NCBI GenBank assembly: GCA_905215815.1
Contig: CAJMRN010000001.1
Coordinates: 8,680-72,679, forward strand
Reading direction: 5' to 3'
Origin: an uncultured bacterium
Lineage (GTDB): Bacteria > Actinomycetota > Coriobacteriia > Coriobacteriales > Coriobacteriaceae
DNA: 64,000 bases
Position 1 is the first letter of the stretch. Each line of letters opens with the position of its first letter. A model generated the notes under the pieces. That model made no database searches. It was not told the DNA's origin and was given only the letters and a program-made list of their open reading frames with translations. The translations under genes were made by a program, and so were the position numbers. Below, in pieces: positions 17,785-28,224 of the stretch.

Positions 17785-20700
17785 CTATGCGTTCTTACGG
17801 GAGCGCACAAACCACGCACCAATAGCCGCAAGGCACACGATACCGACAGCAACACCGGTAACAGCGACCGGATTAACGCCGCCTCGCCCATCCAAAGCAC
17901 CCTTGTGTGATGCGGCAGCAGTGGACGTCGTTTTCGAACCGGAAGACTCGTCGGAGCCGGACTTCTTATCGGACTCACCCTTGTTGGCATCCACATTCTG
18001 CGACACCTCCGACTTCGAGCCATCCTGCTTATCGCCGGAGCCATCACCCCTCTGCGAACCGGTCGGCATGACCGCGGGCGTCGGATTCTTCGTCGGGACC
18101 GTAGGAACGGGTACCTCGGGCGTCACGGGTTTTTTCGAGCCGCCCGGTTCGACGACACCGGCTTTTACGCCACCGATCTTGGACCAGCTCACACCGGACC
18201 CTGCGGACTTATAGGCCGAAAGGGCTCGTAAGGCCTGTACCGTCGCAAGCGCGTTGGCATTGCCGGGCTTACCGTCGGATCCCATAGTATGGGCGTAGCC
18301 CTTGCCGTCGGCAACCTCGTAGGCGCAGATTGCGGCAATCAGGCTATTCGCACCCGTTGCAAAACCGTTCTTGGTATTTACGGGATCCTTGCCAAGAGCC
18401 ATAAGAGCGAGCAGCACCTGGGCATTAGACTCGACCGACCCAAAATCGCAAAGGCCGCTCATCTGGCCCCTAAGGAAGCCGAGCGCATTGTCGACAGCAG
18501 ATGCAACAGAAGGTTGGCCATTCGAGGCCGGGGCGACAGCACACGCGTCATCATCGACATAGGGTGCAAGCGCCTGAAGTGCCATAGCGGTCATATCGAC
18601 GTTGCTCGCACCGCCCGCATCGATGGTGAAACCGCCGTCGGGATTCTGGAACGAAAGCAGCGCGCAAACAAGCTGAGCACGCGTCCAAGAAGAGCCGGAC
18701 GCACGCAACGCCTCATTCGAAATACCCGCCTCGTCAAGGGCAATCAGCGCATAGACCACGTTGTTCGCCGAAGCCACAAGATCTTCGTGAGAGCAAATGT
18801 CGTTAATGAGATTCACACCATCGAAAGAGGTGATATCCTCGCCAAGCGCGGTTAGCGCAAGCGCAACTCGCTCGCAATCAGTCACCTTGGCGGTGTTGCC
18901 CGACCACTCGGCCTTATGAACGGTAAGGGACTTCTTGTAATTCGCAATAAGTGCTTCGTCAATCTTGCGCCCCGACGTCGCGAAGGCGTAAATCTCCCAT
19001 TCTTGACCATAGGTGTACGCATCGATCGTACGGTTGACGTCAAAGTACTTGGCAGCGGAAAGGGCACCTTCGTCGGCCTTTGCCTCGTTATCCGGCGAGG
19101 CAACGATTCCGTCAACCGTAATCTCAAAGGAGATGGCCTGGGCACCAGCAGTCTGATCGATCGGCGTACCGGTCACCGTATAGGTACCGGCCTTGTTCGC
19201 CGTCAGGACATAGGCGCCGCTCGCCACAAACAAGCCGTCGTCAGGAGCACCGTCAACGTGCTTCCAATCACCAAGAGCGCGTCGGTCGATACTCACGGCA
19301 TCCGAGGCATCCCGACCCTCCTCGGTCGTCACACTCCATTTCATACCGGGCTCGGAAACACTCCAGCCCTCGGCATCGTTCTCACCCGTATAACTCAGGT
19401 TGAGTTCGACGGTCTTACCGGCCTTAACGGACGCGGGGACATTTGTGATTGTCACCGATTTCAGTGGGTTCCGGTACGCGTAGGTAACCTCTCGCTTACC
19501 CGAGGAGATGACGCTGCCGTCCTGGTTTTCGACCGTCGCCTCAAACGTCGTCTTACCGGCCTTATACGGCGTAAAGCCAATCTCGCCACTCGCAGTGTAC
19601 TCGGCAACCGAAGAATCACTCGAAGTGACCGTGTAGCACGCGCGATCACTCGCGTTTTCGGGTCCCACAACCGGCGCAGCCTTATCGGTCAGGAAGGCGC
19701 CTTTGGCAAGCGGATTGCGACCGTGCAGATAGACAGTCTCGCCGTCCTCGTTATAGCCGAGCGAGACGCTCGTCGCCGGCACATAGCTCGACGTGACCGT
19801 CACGCTCTTGGAGGCGATATCGAGATTTGCGCGTGAAGATACCCGAATCGTGGCCTCGCCCGGCTTCTTAAAATAAAAGCAGGCGGATCCGGGATTGGAG
19901 TAAAGTACGTTCGCAGGCGTGCCGGCAAAGCGAAAACGCGCATAGGAAACAGGAGTGTACTCGCCCTCGGCGGCATCGGTGTAATGAACACGGATTTCAA
20001 GATTCTTGACCTCGGAACCCGCAACCGCAATAGCGCCGCCCGTCACGTTTGCGCCGTTATACCAAATCTGAAAATCATCGATCGGTTTGGACACCGCCTT
20101 GACCACAACGGTCGCGACGTTCTCGGTAGTGCCGTCGTCCTTGTGGAGCGTGGCGGTTACCGTACCTACGGCGTCGTTATACACGTGCAGCAGGCCCGTT
20201 TCCTCGTTAACGGCGATATCACCACTGTTGGCATCTGGGGTACCCCAGGTCACCTTGGCATCCTTGGGCAGGCCATCGAGTTCAAGCGTGCCCGAAACGC
20301 AGGCGGCACCGTTCTCGCCCACTACAACGTCGTCGGGAGACGGGCAGAGCACGCCATCGGCAGCAGTTACGGTCTTGCCGGTACGGGCAGACGTGAACTT
20401 CACCGCGTACTTATTGCTTGCGGTAGGGCGCTCGGAAGACTCGTAGTCTAGATTCTCACCGAAGTGCGGAAAGCCATCAGACCCCATACCCCACACGCTA
20501 CCGTTTTCACCACGATTGACGTTGAGATTTTCGACAAAGGTCGCCGTCTTCATGTCATCGGTATCGACAGCATAGGAGTTAACGAGCGCGTGCGCGGGAA
20601 AGACGACCTTGTTGGTAAGGCCCTCCTGCCAGTACGTATTGATGAGCTGTCCGGAGTCGTAGCTCGCAAAGAGCACGCCGCCGGTCGAAGCGGCGGTGGA

Positions 20701-22302
20701 CATGCAATTGGAGATCACGCCGCCCTTGAGTGTACGGCCAAAGCCAGCAACGCCCTTACCTGTAACGGACGTGGAGCAATTAATGACAGAGCCCTTTACC
20801 TGATTGCCAAGCGGACCAAACGACTTGCCGTCCATGGCCTGTTTGAGCTCACCGGCAAAAGAGACATTCTGGATGACGCCGGTGGAGCCAACGCTCTCAA
20901 ACAGAGACTTAACGCCTCCCCCGTTGTCGAAGGTAATAGTATGGCCCTGTCCGTCAAACGTGCAATTGAGCTCGCCTGTGGGTCCGAAGAAATATTCGTC
21001 ATCTATCACAATGTCGCTATCGAGCACATAGTAGTTGCTCGCATCCTTGACGTTCATATACATGAAGTCATCCTGCGACGAGATGTGCTTGACGCTCTCC
21101 GGCTGGGCGACGGGAGCCGTCGGCTTCTTTTTCTCAAGCGCATCCGAGGCATCCTTGAGCGTCTTGACCGCCGCATTTACGTCGGACTGAGATGCATCGT
21201 CGTCATCGTTGACGATTTTGGCTTCCGCAAGAGCAGCGGCAAAGGCGGACCAGGAATCCGTTGTGTAGTCTGACTCATTGAGCGCCTCGGCGGCCGTGAT
21301 TGCCGCGACGAGCGCGTCCTTATTGACAACGACGGGGGCAGAGCAGCTCGCAAGCAAGGGCAGGCCACCGTTGGACACCCAGGAAAAGCCAGTCGACGGC
21401 ACATCGGTATTGAGCACGGCGAGTGATTCAGCAGAAGAGAGGTCGGCGGCTTTAGTCGCGTTTCCCTTGTTAAAGCCGCCATAGTTCATCTCGGCAGGCG
21501 AAAAACCTACGGTATATAGGCAGTTCAACAGCGATCCGGCCTGAGCCTCACCGACCAGGCCACCGTTCATCTCAACGCCTGAGCCGGCAAAATAGGAATT
21601 GACGATCTTTCCGGACGTCATACCGCCGACCAGGCCACCGGCATAGCCCTCCCAGCCGCTAAGGTTCACACTCGCCGTGGACCAGCACATCTGGATGGTG
21701 CCAGAAAGTTTCATGGCAATGGAACCCACATTGTCGGTGCTCGAGACCGAGCCCGTCACGCCCAGGTTCTGAAGCGAGCCGGTCACATTATTCGCAACGG
21801 CCTTGCCGTTAATGGTGACCGTATGGCCCTGGCCATCCAGGGTGCCGTCAACGGTCTCGATCTGCTGGTCAGTGCCCATCGAAATATTCGCGCCGAGCTT
21901 GACGGTCGCACCCGCCTCAATGGTCTCAGGCATATCGGCCGCATCGTTGACGACCACCGTCTCGCCCGAGTGCACTACCTTGGCGAAAGAACTTGCTTCT
22001 TCGACCTGTGCAGCCGGTACCGTTTCCTCGGACGCAATAGACTGCACGGCAACACCGGAGCTTTCCTGCTCCTGCGTGCTGCCGCCATCTGCCATGCCGG
22101 TTTCAGCGTCGGCAGAAGGCTCATCTTCATCAGGACTGCCCTGCCCAGCATCGCCCGCCGCGGTGACCTGATCGGCCGCCGCGGCTACGCCCGTGCTCAC
22201 CTCCTCGGCAAACGCGGTCATTCCCGTGCTCGAACTGGCAAAGATAAACGCCATGAGCACGACGAGGAATTTCCTCGTACCTGTTCGGATGTTGTTGAGC
22301 AT
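17785..22302 (-). CDS. Large cell-surface protein (signal peptide, GLUG-like repeats, FIVAR-like segment, Ig-like domains, prenyltransferase/squalene-cyclase-like alpha-barrel, C-terminal TM); candidate corrinoid-binding protein
   Basis: AFA/EE signal cleavage, GGLVG repeats, DYTTDSWSAF, QNPDGGF..DMTAMALQALAPY, TM plus RSRKNA tail; lies downstream of a B12 riboswitch. Confidence 0.8.
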   Translation of the reverse strand: MLNNIRTGTRKFLVVLMAFIFASSSTGMTAFAEEVSTGVAAAADQVTAAGDAGQGSPDEDEPSADAETGMADGGSTQEQESSGVAVQSIASEETVPAAQVEEASSFAKVVHSGETVVVNDAADMPETIEAGATVKLGANISMGTDQQIETVDGTLDGQGHTVTINGKAVANNVTGSLQNLGVTGSVSSTDNVGSIAMKLSGTIQMCWSTASVNLSGWEGYAGGLVGGMTSGKIVNSYFAGSGVEMNGGLVGEAQAGSLLNCLYTVGFSPAEMNYGGFNKGNATKAADLSSAESLAVLNTDVPSTGFSWVSNGGLPLLASCSAPVVVNKDALVAAITAAEALNESDYTTDSWSAFAAALAEAKIVNDDDDASQSDVNAAVKTLKDASDALEKKKPTAPVAQPESVKHISSQDDFMYMNVKDASNYYVLDSDIVIDDEYFFGPTGELNCTFDGQGHTITFDNGGGVKSLFESVGSTGVIQNVSFAGELKQAMDGKSFGPLGNQVKGSVINCSTSVTGKGVAGFGRTLKGGVISNCMSTAASTGGVLFASYDSGQLINTYWQEGLTNKVVFPAHALVNSYAVDTDDMKTATFVENLNVNRGENGSVWGMGSDGFPHFGENLDYESSERPTASNKYAVKFTSARTGKTVTAADGVLCPSPDDVVVGENGAACVSGTLELDGLPKDAKVTWGTPDANSGDIAVNEETGLLHVYNDAVGTVTATLHKDDGTTENVATVVVKAVSKPIDDFQIWYNGANVTGGAIAVAGSEVKNLEIRVHYTDAAEGEYTPVSYARFRFAGTPANVLYSNPGSACFYFKKPGEATIRVSSRANLDIASKSVTVTSSYVPATSVSLGYNEDGETVYLHGRNPLAKGAFLTDKAAPVVGPENASDRACYTVTSSDSSVAEYTASGEIGFTPYKAGKTTFEATVENQDGSVISSGKREVTYAYRNPLKSVTITNVPASVKAGKTVELNLSYTGENDAEGWSVSEPGMKWSVTTEEGRDASDAVSIDRRALGDWKHVDGAPDDGLFVASGAYVLTANKAGTYTVTGTPIDQTAGAQAISFEITVDGIVASPDNEAKADEGALSAAKYFDVNRTIDAYTYGQEWEIYAFATSGRKIDEALIANYKKSLTVHKAEWSGNTAKVTDCERVALALTALGEDITSFDGVNLINDICSHEDLVASANNVVYALIALDEAGISNEALRASGSSWTRAQLVCALLSFQNPDGGFTIDAGGASNVDMTAMALQALAPYVDDDACAVAPASNGQPSVASAVDNALGFLRGQMSGLCDFGSVESNAQVLLALMALGKDPVNTKNGFATGANSLIAAICAYEVADGKGYAHTMGSDGKPGNANALATVQALRALSAYKSAGSGVSWSKIGGVKAGVVEPGGSKKPVTPEVPVPTVPTKNPTPAVMPTGSQRGDGSGDKQDGSKSEVSQNVDANKGESDKKSGSDESSGSKTTSTAAASHKGALDGRGGVNPVAVTGVAVGIVCLAAIGAWFVRSRKNA

Positions 22303-22506
22303 CCTTTCCCCCTTGGTCTGGAAGATCACTACCCCAATAAGAATCGAGGCCGACCATGTAAAGGGAAACGGGACACAGCAAAACGCCCGCACCTGACAGC
22401 ATGCGGCAATGCCCCCCGCATCGCATACGGGATGCTTGGAGCAAATATGATGTCATCTTCTGCTCACCGGAATCCAGCGGCTCCCAAAAGACCCTCGACA
22501 CGAGAA

Positions 22507-22612
22507 GACCATAGGCAAGTAATCTGACTCGCGGGACAGCCCCGCACACAGTAACCGCCTTGCCTGGGATTCCCACCCAGTTCCCTTTTATGCGCCAAGC
22601 GCACCCATGGTC
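22507..22612 (-). ncRNA. Cobalamin (B12) riboswitch
   Basis: Minus strand GGTGCGC..GCGCATAAAAGGGAACTGGGTGGGAATCCCAG..ACTGTG..GAGTCAGATTACTTGCC, closed by GACCATGG/CTATGGTC. Confidence 0.9.
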
Positions 22613-22822
22613 CGGCTTCTTTTCAAACAGCATGTAATTGTATGGAAGACCAGACAACGAGCGTCCGCCGATATCACGCACACATAATTCACCGAAAATG
22701 TGGTTAAAAGTCGGCCAGGGCAACGACGAGACCTTTATCCGAAATGCAAAACGGGGCCGCAGCATCATTGCTACGACCCCGCCCGCTCAAGCAAACTCTC
22801 ATTCCGAGACGCTGCTGATCAG

Positions 22823-23575
<753 letters not shown>

Positions 23576-23587
23576 AATAGAACCTCC

Positions 23588-24949
23588 TTACAGGCCAGCG
23601 ATATGGTCGGCAGGCGTCGCGACAACCTGTCCGGCGCTCTTGGTGGGACGCTTCTTTTTGGTTTCGGCCGTACCCAGCAGCCTCGCCTCAAGACCGCTCA
23701 CCAAGCGCGCAAGCGGCAGGGTAATGACCAGATAGAACAGGGCGGCAACCACATACGGCGTAATGGAGCCCGTCGTGGCCACGATGGTGCGGGCGTTCAT
23801 GACGATCTCGACCACGCCCACAGCGGCAAGCAGCGACGTATCCTTGTAAAGCAGAATAAACTCGCTGGTCAGCGTAGGCAGGACATTGCGGAACGTCTGC
23901 GGAATCATAACGTAAAGCAGCGTCTGGAAGGCATTCATGCCCAGCGAGCGAGCAGCCTCGTTCTGGCCCTTGGGGATCGATTGAATACCGGCACGGAAGA
24001 TCTCGCACAGGTACGCAGACGAGTTCATGGCCATGACGATAACGCCCAGCACATAGTCGTCCACTTTGACACCGGCCAGCGGCAGGCCAAAGAACGCAAT
24101 ATAGATCTGCAAGAACGCCGGCGTACCGCGGATGACATTCACGTAGATGCCGGCAAGGCAGCGCAGGATGCGCGATTTAGAGATGCGCATAAGCGACAGG
24201 GCAAAGCCAAAGGGGATCGCCAGCGGAAACGCCACGAGCACGATCGAGAGCGACATAAGGAAGCCCTTGAAGACGATCGGCAGGCTCTGGACCAAAATGA
24301 CCGGGTTCAGGAACAGACGAAGGAACATGTTGGAATTCCATGCCTCGACCCACGGCTGCTCTTTAAGATCGGCCAGGAAGTTATCGAATGCCGTCACGCC
24401 CTTAATCTCCACCGACGGAATCTTGGAGATCTTCTTGGTCGAGCCATCGGCCAAAGTGTAGGTGCCGCTAAAGGCCTCATCGCCACCCTCGACGGGAAAC
24501 GTCACGCCGTAAACCTCGACACGAAAAAAGCCGCCGGCAGGCGCCGTCTCGCCAAAGTCAATCTTGAGCGTCTGGCCGTCAGCCTTGCACGTGGGCTTCA
24601 TGGGCGTACGATCCATGAGGTCCTCGCCCGAGAGCATCGTCAATCGCGTGTCATCGGTACCAAACGTCGTGCCGTCGACAAACGTCAGCGAAAGACCGCT
24701 CAGCTCCTCGTCGGCATCGGCCTGGACCTCCCAGGTAATGCGCGTCTCGGTACCGCCGACCACAGCGCTGCCCGAACCGGTGTTGGGTCGAGCGGTAATC
24801 TTTGCGGTCTCAAGCGCCTGGGCGGTCGTGGGCGCATATGCCCCCGCGCACACCAGCGCAAGCGCCACGGCCATGACGCAGACTAGCTTTTGGAGCAAGG
24901 CGGGCAGTGGAAAACGCTGCTCCGCGGCCCCTTTGTTCAGTCGAGACAA
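23588..24949 (-). CDS. Polar amino-acid ABC permease with an extra N-terminal extracytoplasmic domain
   Basis: RGTP, SAYLCEIFRAGI..GQNEAARSLG and KDTSL motifs; TTG start at 24949 after AGGAG (start uncertain). Confidence 0.85.
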   Translation of the reverse strand: MSRLNKGAAEQRFPLPALLQKLVCVMAVALALVCAGAYAPTTAQALETAKITARPNTGSGSAVVGGTETRITWEVQADADEELSGLSLTFVDGTTFGTDDTRLTMLSGEDLMDRTPMKPTCKADGQTLKIDFGETAPAGGFFRVEVYGVTFPVEGGDEAFSGTYTLADGSTKKISKIPSVEIKGVTAFDNFLADLKEQPWVEAWNSNMFLRLFLNPVILVQSLPIVFKGFLMSLSIVLVAFPLAIPFGFALSLMRISKSRILRCLAGIYVNVIRGTPAFLQIYIAFFGLPLAGVKVDDYVLGVIVMAMNSSAYLCEIFRAGIQSIPKGQNEAARSLGMNAFQTLLYVMIPQTFRNVLPTLTSEFILLYKDTSLLAAVGVVEIVMNARTIVATTGSITPYVVAALFYLVITLPLARLVSGLEARLLGTAETKKKRPTKSAGQVVATPADHIAGL

Positions 24950-25067
24950 GGTGGCTCCTATCGTAGAAGTTGCCGGCAAAACGAGACGGAAATGCTCTCC
25001 GTCAAGAGAAGCGCAAAGGCCCTCTCCGCCAAAACGGAAAGGGCCCGCGCGCAATCAAGTAGTTATT

Positions 25068-25928
25068 TTACTTGATGTTGTACTTAGCCATGAGGGCGTC
25101 GACGGTACCGTCGTCGGTCAGGTCCTTGATGGCCTGGTTGATATCGTCCTTGAGCTTGGTGTTGCCCTGGTTGATGGCGATGGCGTACTCCTCGCCGGTG
25201 CTGATCTGCTTAATGGTCTGGCAGGTGTTGAACTGCTCGGCGGTCAGCTGGCTGGCAACGGAGCGATTGGTGACTACGGCGTCGCCCTTATCGGACTGCA
25301 GTGCGCTGAAGCACTCGGTAGCGTCCTTGTAGGGGACGATCTTGGCCTTGGGGAAGTTCTCCTGGGCAAAGGACTCGGCGGTCGAGCCAGACTGGACGAT
25401 GATGGTAGCGTCGGCGTTGTTGAGCTTCTCGCTGTAGTTGTCGGCCGTGATGTCGGTGTTATCGACCTTGGTCACGATAGCCTGATCGTCCATGTAGTAG
25501 GAATCGGAGAAAGTGACTTCCTTCTCACGCTCGGGCGTGTCGGTGATAGCCGCGATGGAGACGTCATACTTGGCGCCCGAAGCGACGCCCGGAACCAGCG
25601 TGTCAAAGTCATTGTTGACATACTCGACATCCAGGCCCAGCTTGTCGCCGATAGCCTTGATGAGCTCAAGGTCAAAGCCCTGATAATCGCCGTTGTCATC
25701 CTTGTACTCAAACGGAGCGTACTCGGCAGAGGTGCCGACGGTCAGCGTACCGTCCTTGACGAGCGCGTACTCCTTGGAACCGTCGACCTTCTCGACCTTA
25801 GCGTCGTCAGAGCTGCTGGAACCGGCATCAGAACCAGAGGTGGCGTTGGACGAGCCGCAGCCCGTCAGAGCGAGGGCGAGCGCCATAGCACCCGTGGCGG
25901 CAAATGCGCCAAGCTTCTTCAGCTTCAT
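25068..25928 (-). CDS. Amino-acid ABC substrate-binding lipoprotein (SBP family 3)
   Basis: Lipobox LTGC; VGTSAEYAPFE, GFDLEL and FSDSYY motifs. Confidence 0.93.
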   Translation of the reverse strand: MKLKKLGAFAATGAMALALALTGCGSSNATSGSDAGSSSSDDAKVEKVDGSKEYALVKDGTLTVGTSAEYAPFEYKDDNGDYQGFDLELIKAIGDKLGLDVEYVNNDFDTLVPGVASGAKYDVSIAAITDTPEREKEVTFSDSYYMDDQAIVTKVDNTDITADNYSEKLNNADATIIVQSGSTAESFAQENFPKAKIVPYKDATECFSALQSDKGDAVVTNRSVASQLTAEQFNTCQTIKQISTGEEYAIAINQGNTKLKDDINQAIKDLTDDGTVDALMAKYNIK

Positions 25929-26075
25929 AATCAGTCTCCTTCCAATGACCCCACATGATTCAGAGGTCCGCAAAAACTGATGGCTATTATGCACCCGCTT
26001 GGGAGAATCTGCAATTAGAAAACTGATTGAAACAAACCCATAACGTGAATGAAGCACTCCACTTTATGACAGTCA

Positions 26076-26942
26076 TTACTGCTGCAACGACCTTAACAGT
26101 TTGATTTCAGCCGCATAACCTGCAAGTTCGTTCGGTGTCTCTAAAATGAATGGCAATGCGCGCAAGCGGCTATTCGATACAATATTCTGCATAACCTGCA
26201 TACCGCCGCCAAACTCTTCACTACCCAGATAACCCTTACCGATGCATTCGTGGCGGTCCTTATGGGCGCCGCAAGGGTTCTTCGAATCGTTGATATGTAC
26301 GGCATGCAAGCGGTCGATACCAACCACGCGGTCGAACTCGTCGAGCACACCATCAAGATCGTGGACGATGTCATAGCCGGCATCATTCACATGGCAGGTG
26401 TCCAGGCACACGCCCAGCTTGTCCGATAGCTCTGGACGCCTGGCAGCAGCACCCTCGATAATGCGTGCCAGTTCCTCAAAGCTGCGGCCCACCTCAGTAC
26501 CCTTGCCGGCCATGGTCTCGAGCAGCACCGTCGTCTGCTGGCCCTCAAACATCACTTGGCACAGGGTGTCGACGATCATCTGAATGCCGGCGTCGGGGCC
26601 CTGCCCCACATGCGCGCCAGGGTGGAAGTTGTAGTAGTTGCCGGGCAGCGCTTCCATGCGCCGCAGGTCCTCTGCCATGGCCTCCAAGGCAAACTCGCGC
26701 GCCCGCTCTTTGGCAGAACAGGGGTTGTAGGTATAGGGGGCATGCGCCACGAGCGGGCCAAAGTCGTTTTGCTCCATAAGCTCGCGCAGGGCCGCCACGT
26801 CATCCATGTCAAGGTCTTTCGCCTTGCCGCCGCGCGGGTTGCGCGTAAAGAATGCAAAGGTATTGGCGCCAATGGACAGCGCCGTCTCCCCCATTGCCCG
26901 ATAGCCCTTCGTCGTGGATAGGTGACACCCGATCGTCAGCAT
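26076..26942 (-). CDS. nfo: Endonuclease IV
   Basis: [28 protein letters not shown] and DRH motifs. Confidence 0.95.
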   Translation of the reverse strand: MLTIGCHLSTTKGYRAMGETALSIGANTFAFFTRNPRGGKAKDLDMDDVAALRELMEQNDFGPLVAHAPYTYNPCSAKERAREFALEAMAEDLRRMEALPGNYYNFHPGAHVGQGPDAGIQMIVDTLCQVMFEGQQTTVLLETMAGKGTEVGRSFEELARIIEGAAARRPELSDKLGVCLDTCHVNDAGYDIVHDLDGVLDEFDRVVGIDRLHAVHINDSKNPCGAHKDRHECIGKGYLGSEEFGGGMQVMQNIVSNSRLRALPFILETPNELAGYAAEIKLLRSLQQ

Positions 26943-26958
26943 CCCCAGCTCCCCCTCA

Positions 26959-27037
26959 TCAGTTGCGGTGAAATAGTTCCTGTCGATGCCTTATTCTGCC
27001 GCAAACAGAAACTATTCCACCACAAGTTATAAAAGGG
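26959..27037. repeat. 79-bp palindromic element (family B), copy 1
   Basis: 72/79 identical to 28146-28224; long internal stem. Confidence 0.85.
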
Positions 27038-27114
27038 GCATCAGAGATGCGGGCCACCAAGCACTACGGCTACGGGCGCCGGCGTCATGATCCCTCACGC
27101 GTCAGCGCCAAGTC

Positions 27115-28134
27115 CTAGAGGGCTAGACGGATTGCATCGATAATGCGCGCGCAGCGCTGTGTGGCGGCAAGGGGCATGACGGGACTCTCGAGTTTCCCCG
27201 CCCGGATGAGCTGGGTCGAATGCTGAATTTCGCCGTAGAAATCATCGACCTCAAACGGGGCATTTATTTCGAGTATTCGTCCGTCGGAGCACTTCACATG
27301 GGCGAGCTCGGGGCGATGGAGGCGCTCGATTTCCAACGAGCCCCGCTCGCAGGCAATCGTTAAGCGGCTTTCATATGCTGCTTTACCGTCGCACGCCATA
27401 TGAATGGGTATACCGCCAACACTCATATGGATCTCATCGGCCCAATCCACGCGGCCGCCCGATACGTCACGCCAGCGAACTTCACGAGACGAAACATCGC
27501 ACGCACCCGCAAGCAGATCCTCAAACCACCCGACCGCATAGCAGCCCATGTCATATAGACAGCCACCCTGCAACGGATCGAGTAGATAACTCGAAGGGGA
27601 CTCACCATAATCGAGTTTTTGCACGCTTTCGATCGAAACGATACGGCCGAGCTCGCCCGACGCAAGCAAGCCCTTCACGCGAGTGCGCATCGGGCAAAAC
27701 CGATTCTTCATCGCCTCCATAAACAGCACGCCGCACTCACGGGAAACGGAGGCGATCGCATGGGCCTCTTCTTCATTCAAAACGGCCGGCTTTTCGCACA
27801 GTACGGCCTTTCCCGCGCGCAGTGCCCGACAGACCCAATGCGCATGCATGCCATGCGGAAGAGCCAAGTAGATTGCGTCGACATCGGGGTCGGCAATCAG
27901 CGCATCATAAGCCGCATCGCCGTTATCGTCAGCCGTGGCATAACCGTGCGCGGCATCAATCGAAAACGCCCTGCAAAACTCCTCGACATGCGAAGGAGTG
28001 CGACCGGCGGCAACCACAAGCCGTGCCCCGTCCACCTCCTTGAGCGACGATGCAAATCGATGCGAAATGTGTCCAGCGCCCAAAACGCCCCAACGAACCT
28101 CACGCAAATCATCACATGAATCCCGATGGCCCAC
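27115..28134 (-). CDS. Gfo/Idh/MocA oxidoreductase
   Basis: WGVLGAGHI, DVDAIY, VLCEKP and GGCLYDMGCY motifs. Confidence 0.9.
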   Translation of the reverse strand: MGHRDSCDDLREVRWGVLGAGHISHRFASSLKEVDGARLVVAAGRTPSHVEEFCRAFSIDAAHGYATADDNGDAAYDALIADPDVDAIYLALPHGMHAHWVCRALRAGKAVLCEKPAVLNEEEAHAIASVSRECGVLFMEAMKNRFCPMRTRVKGLLASGELGRIVSIESVQKLDYGESPSSYLLDPLQGGCLYDMGCYAVGWFEDLLAGACDVSSREVRWRDVSGGRVDWADEIHMSVGGIPIHMACDGKAAYESRLTIACERGSLEIERLHRPELAHVKCSDGRILEINAPFEVDDFYGEIQHSTQLIRAGKLESPVMPLAATQRCARIIDAIRLAL

Positions 28135-28145
28135 GACAGCCCCCT

Positions 28146-28224
28146 TCAGTTGCGGTGAAATAGTTCCTGTTTAAGCCCTATTCTGCCGCAAGCAGGAACT
28201 ATTCCACCGCAAGTTATAAAAGGG
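28146..28224. repeat. 79-bp palindromic element (family B), copy 2
   Basis: TTGCGGTG-AAATAGTTCCTG...CAGGAACTATT-C-CACCGCAA. Confidence 0.85.
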
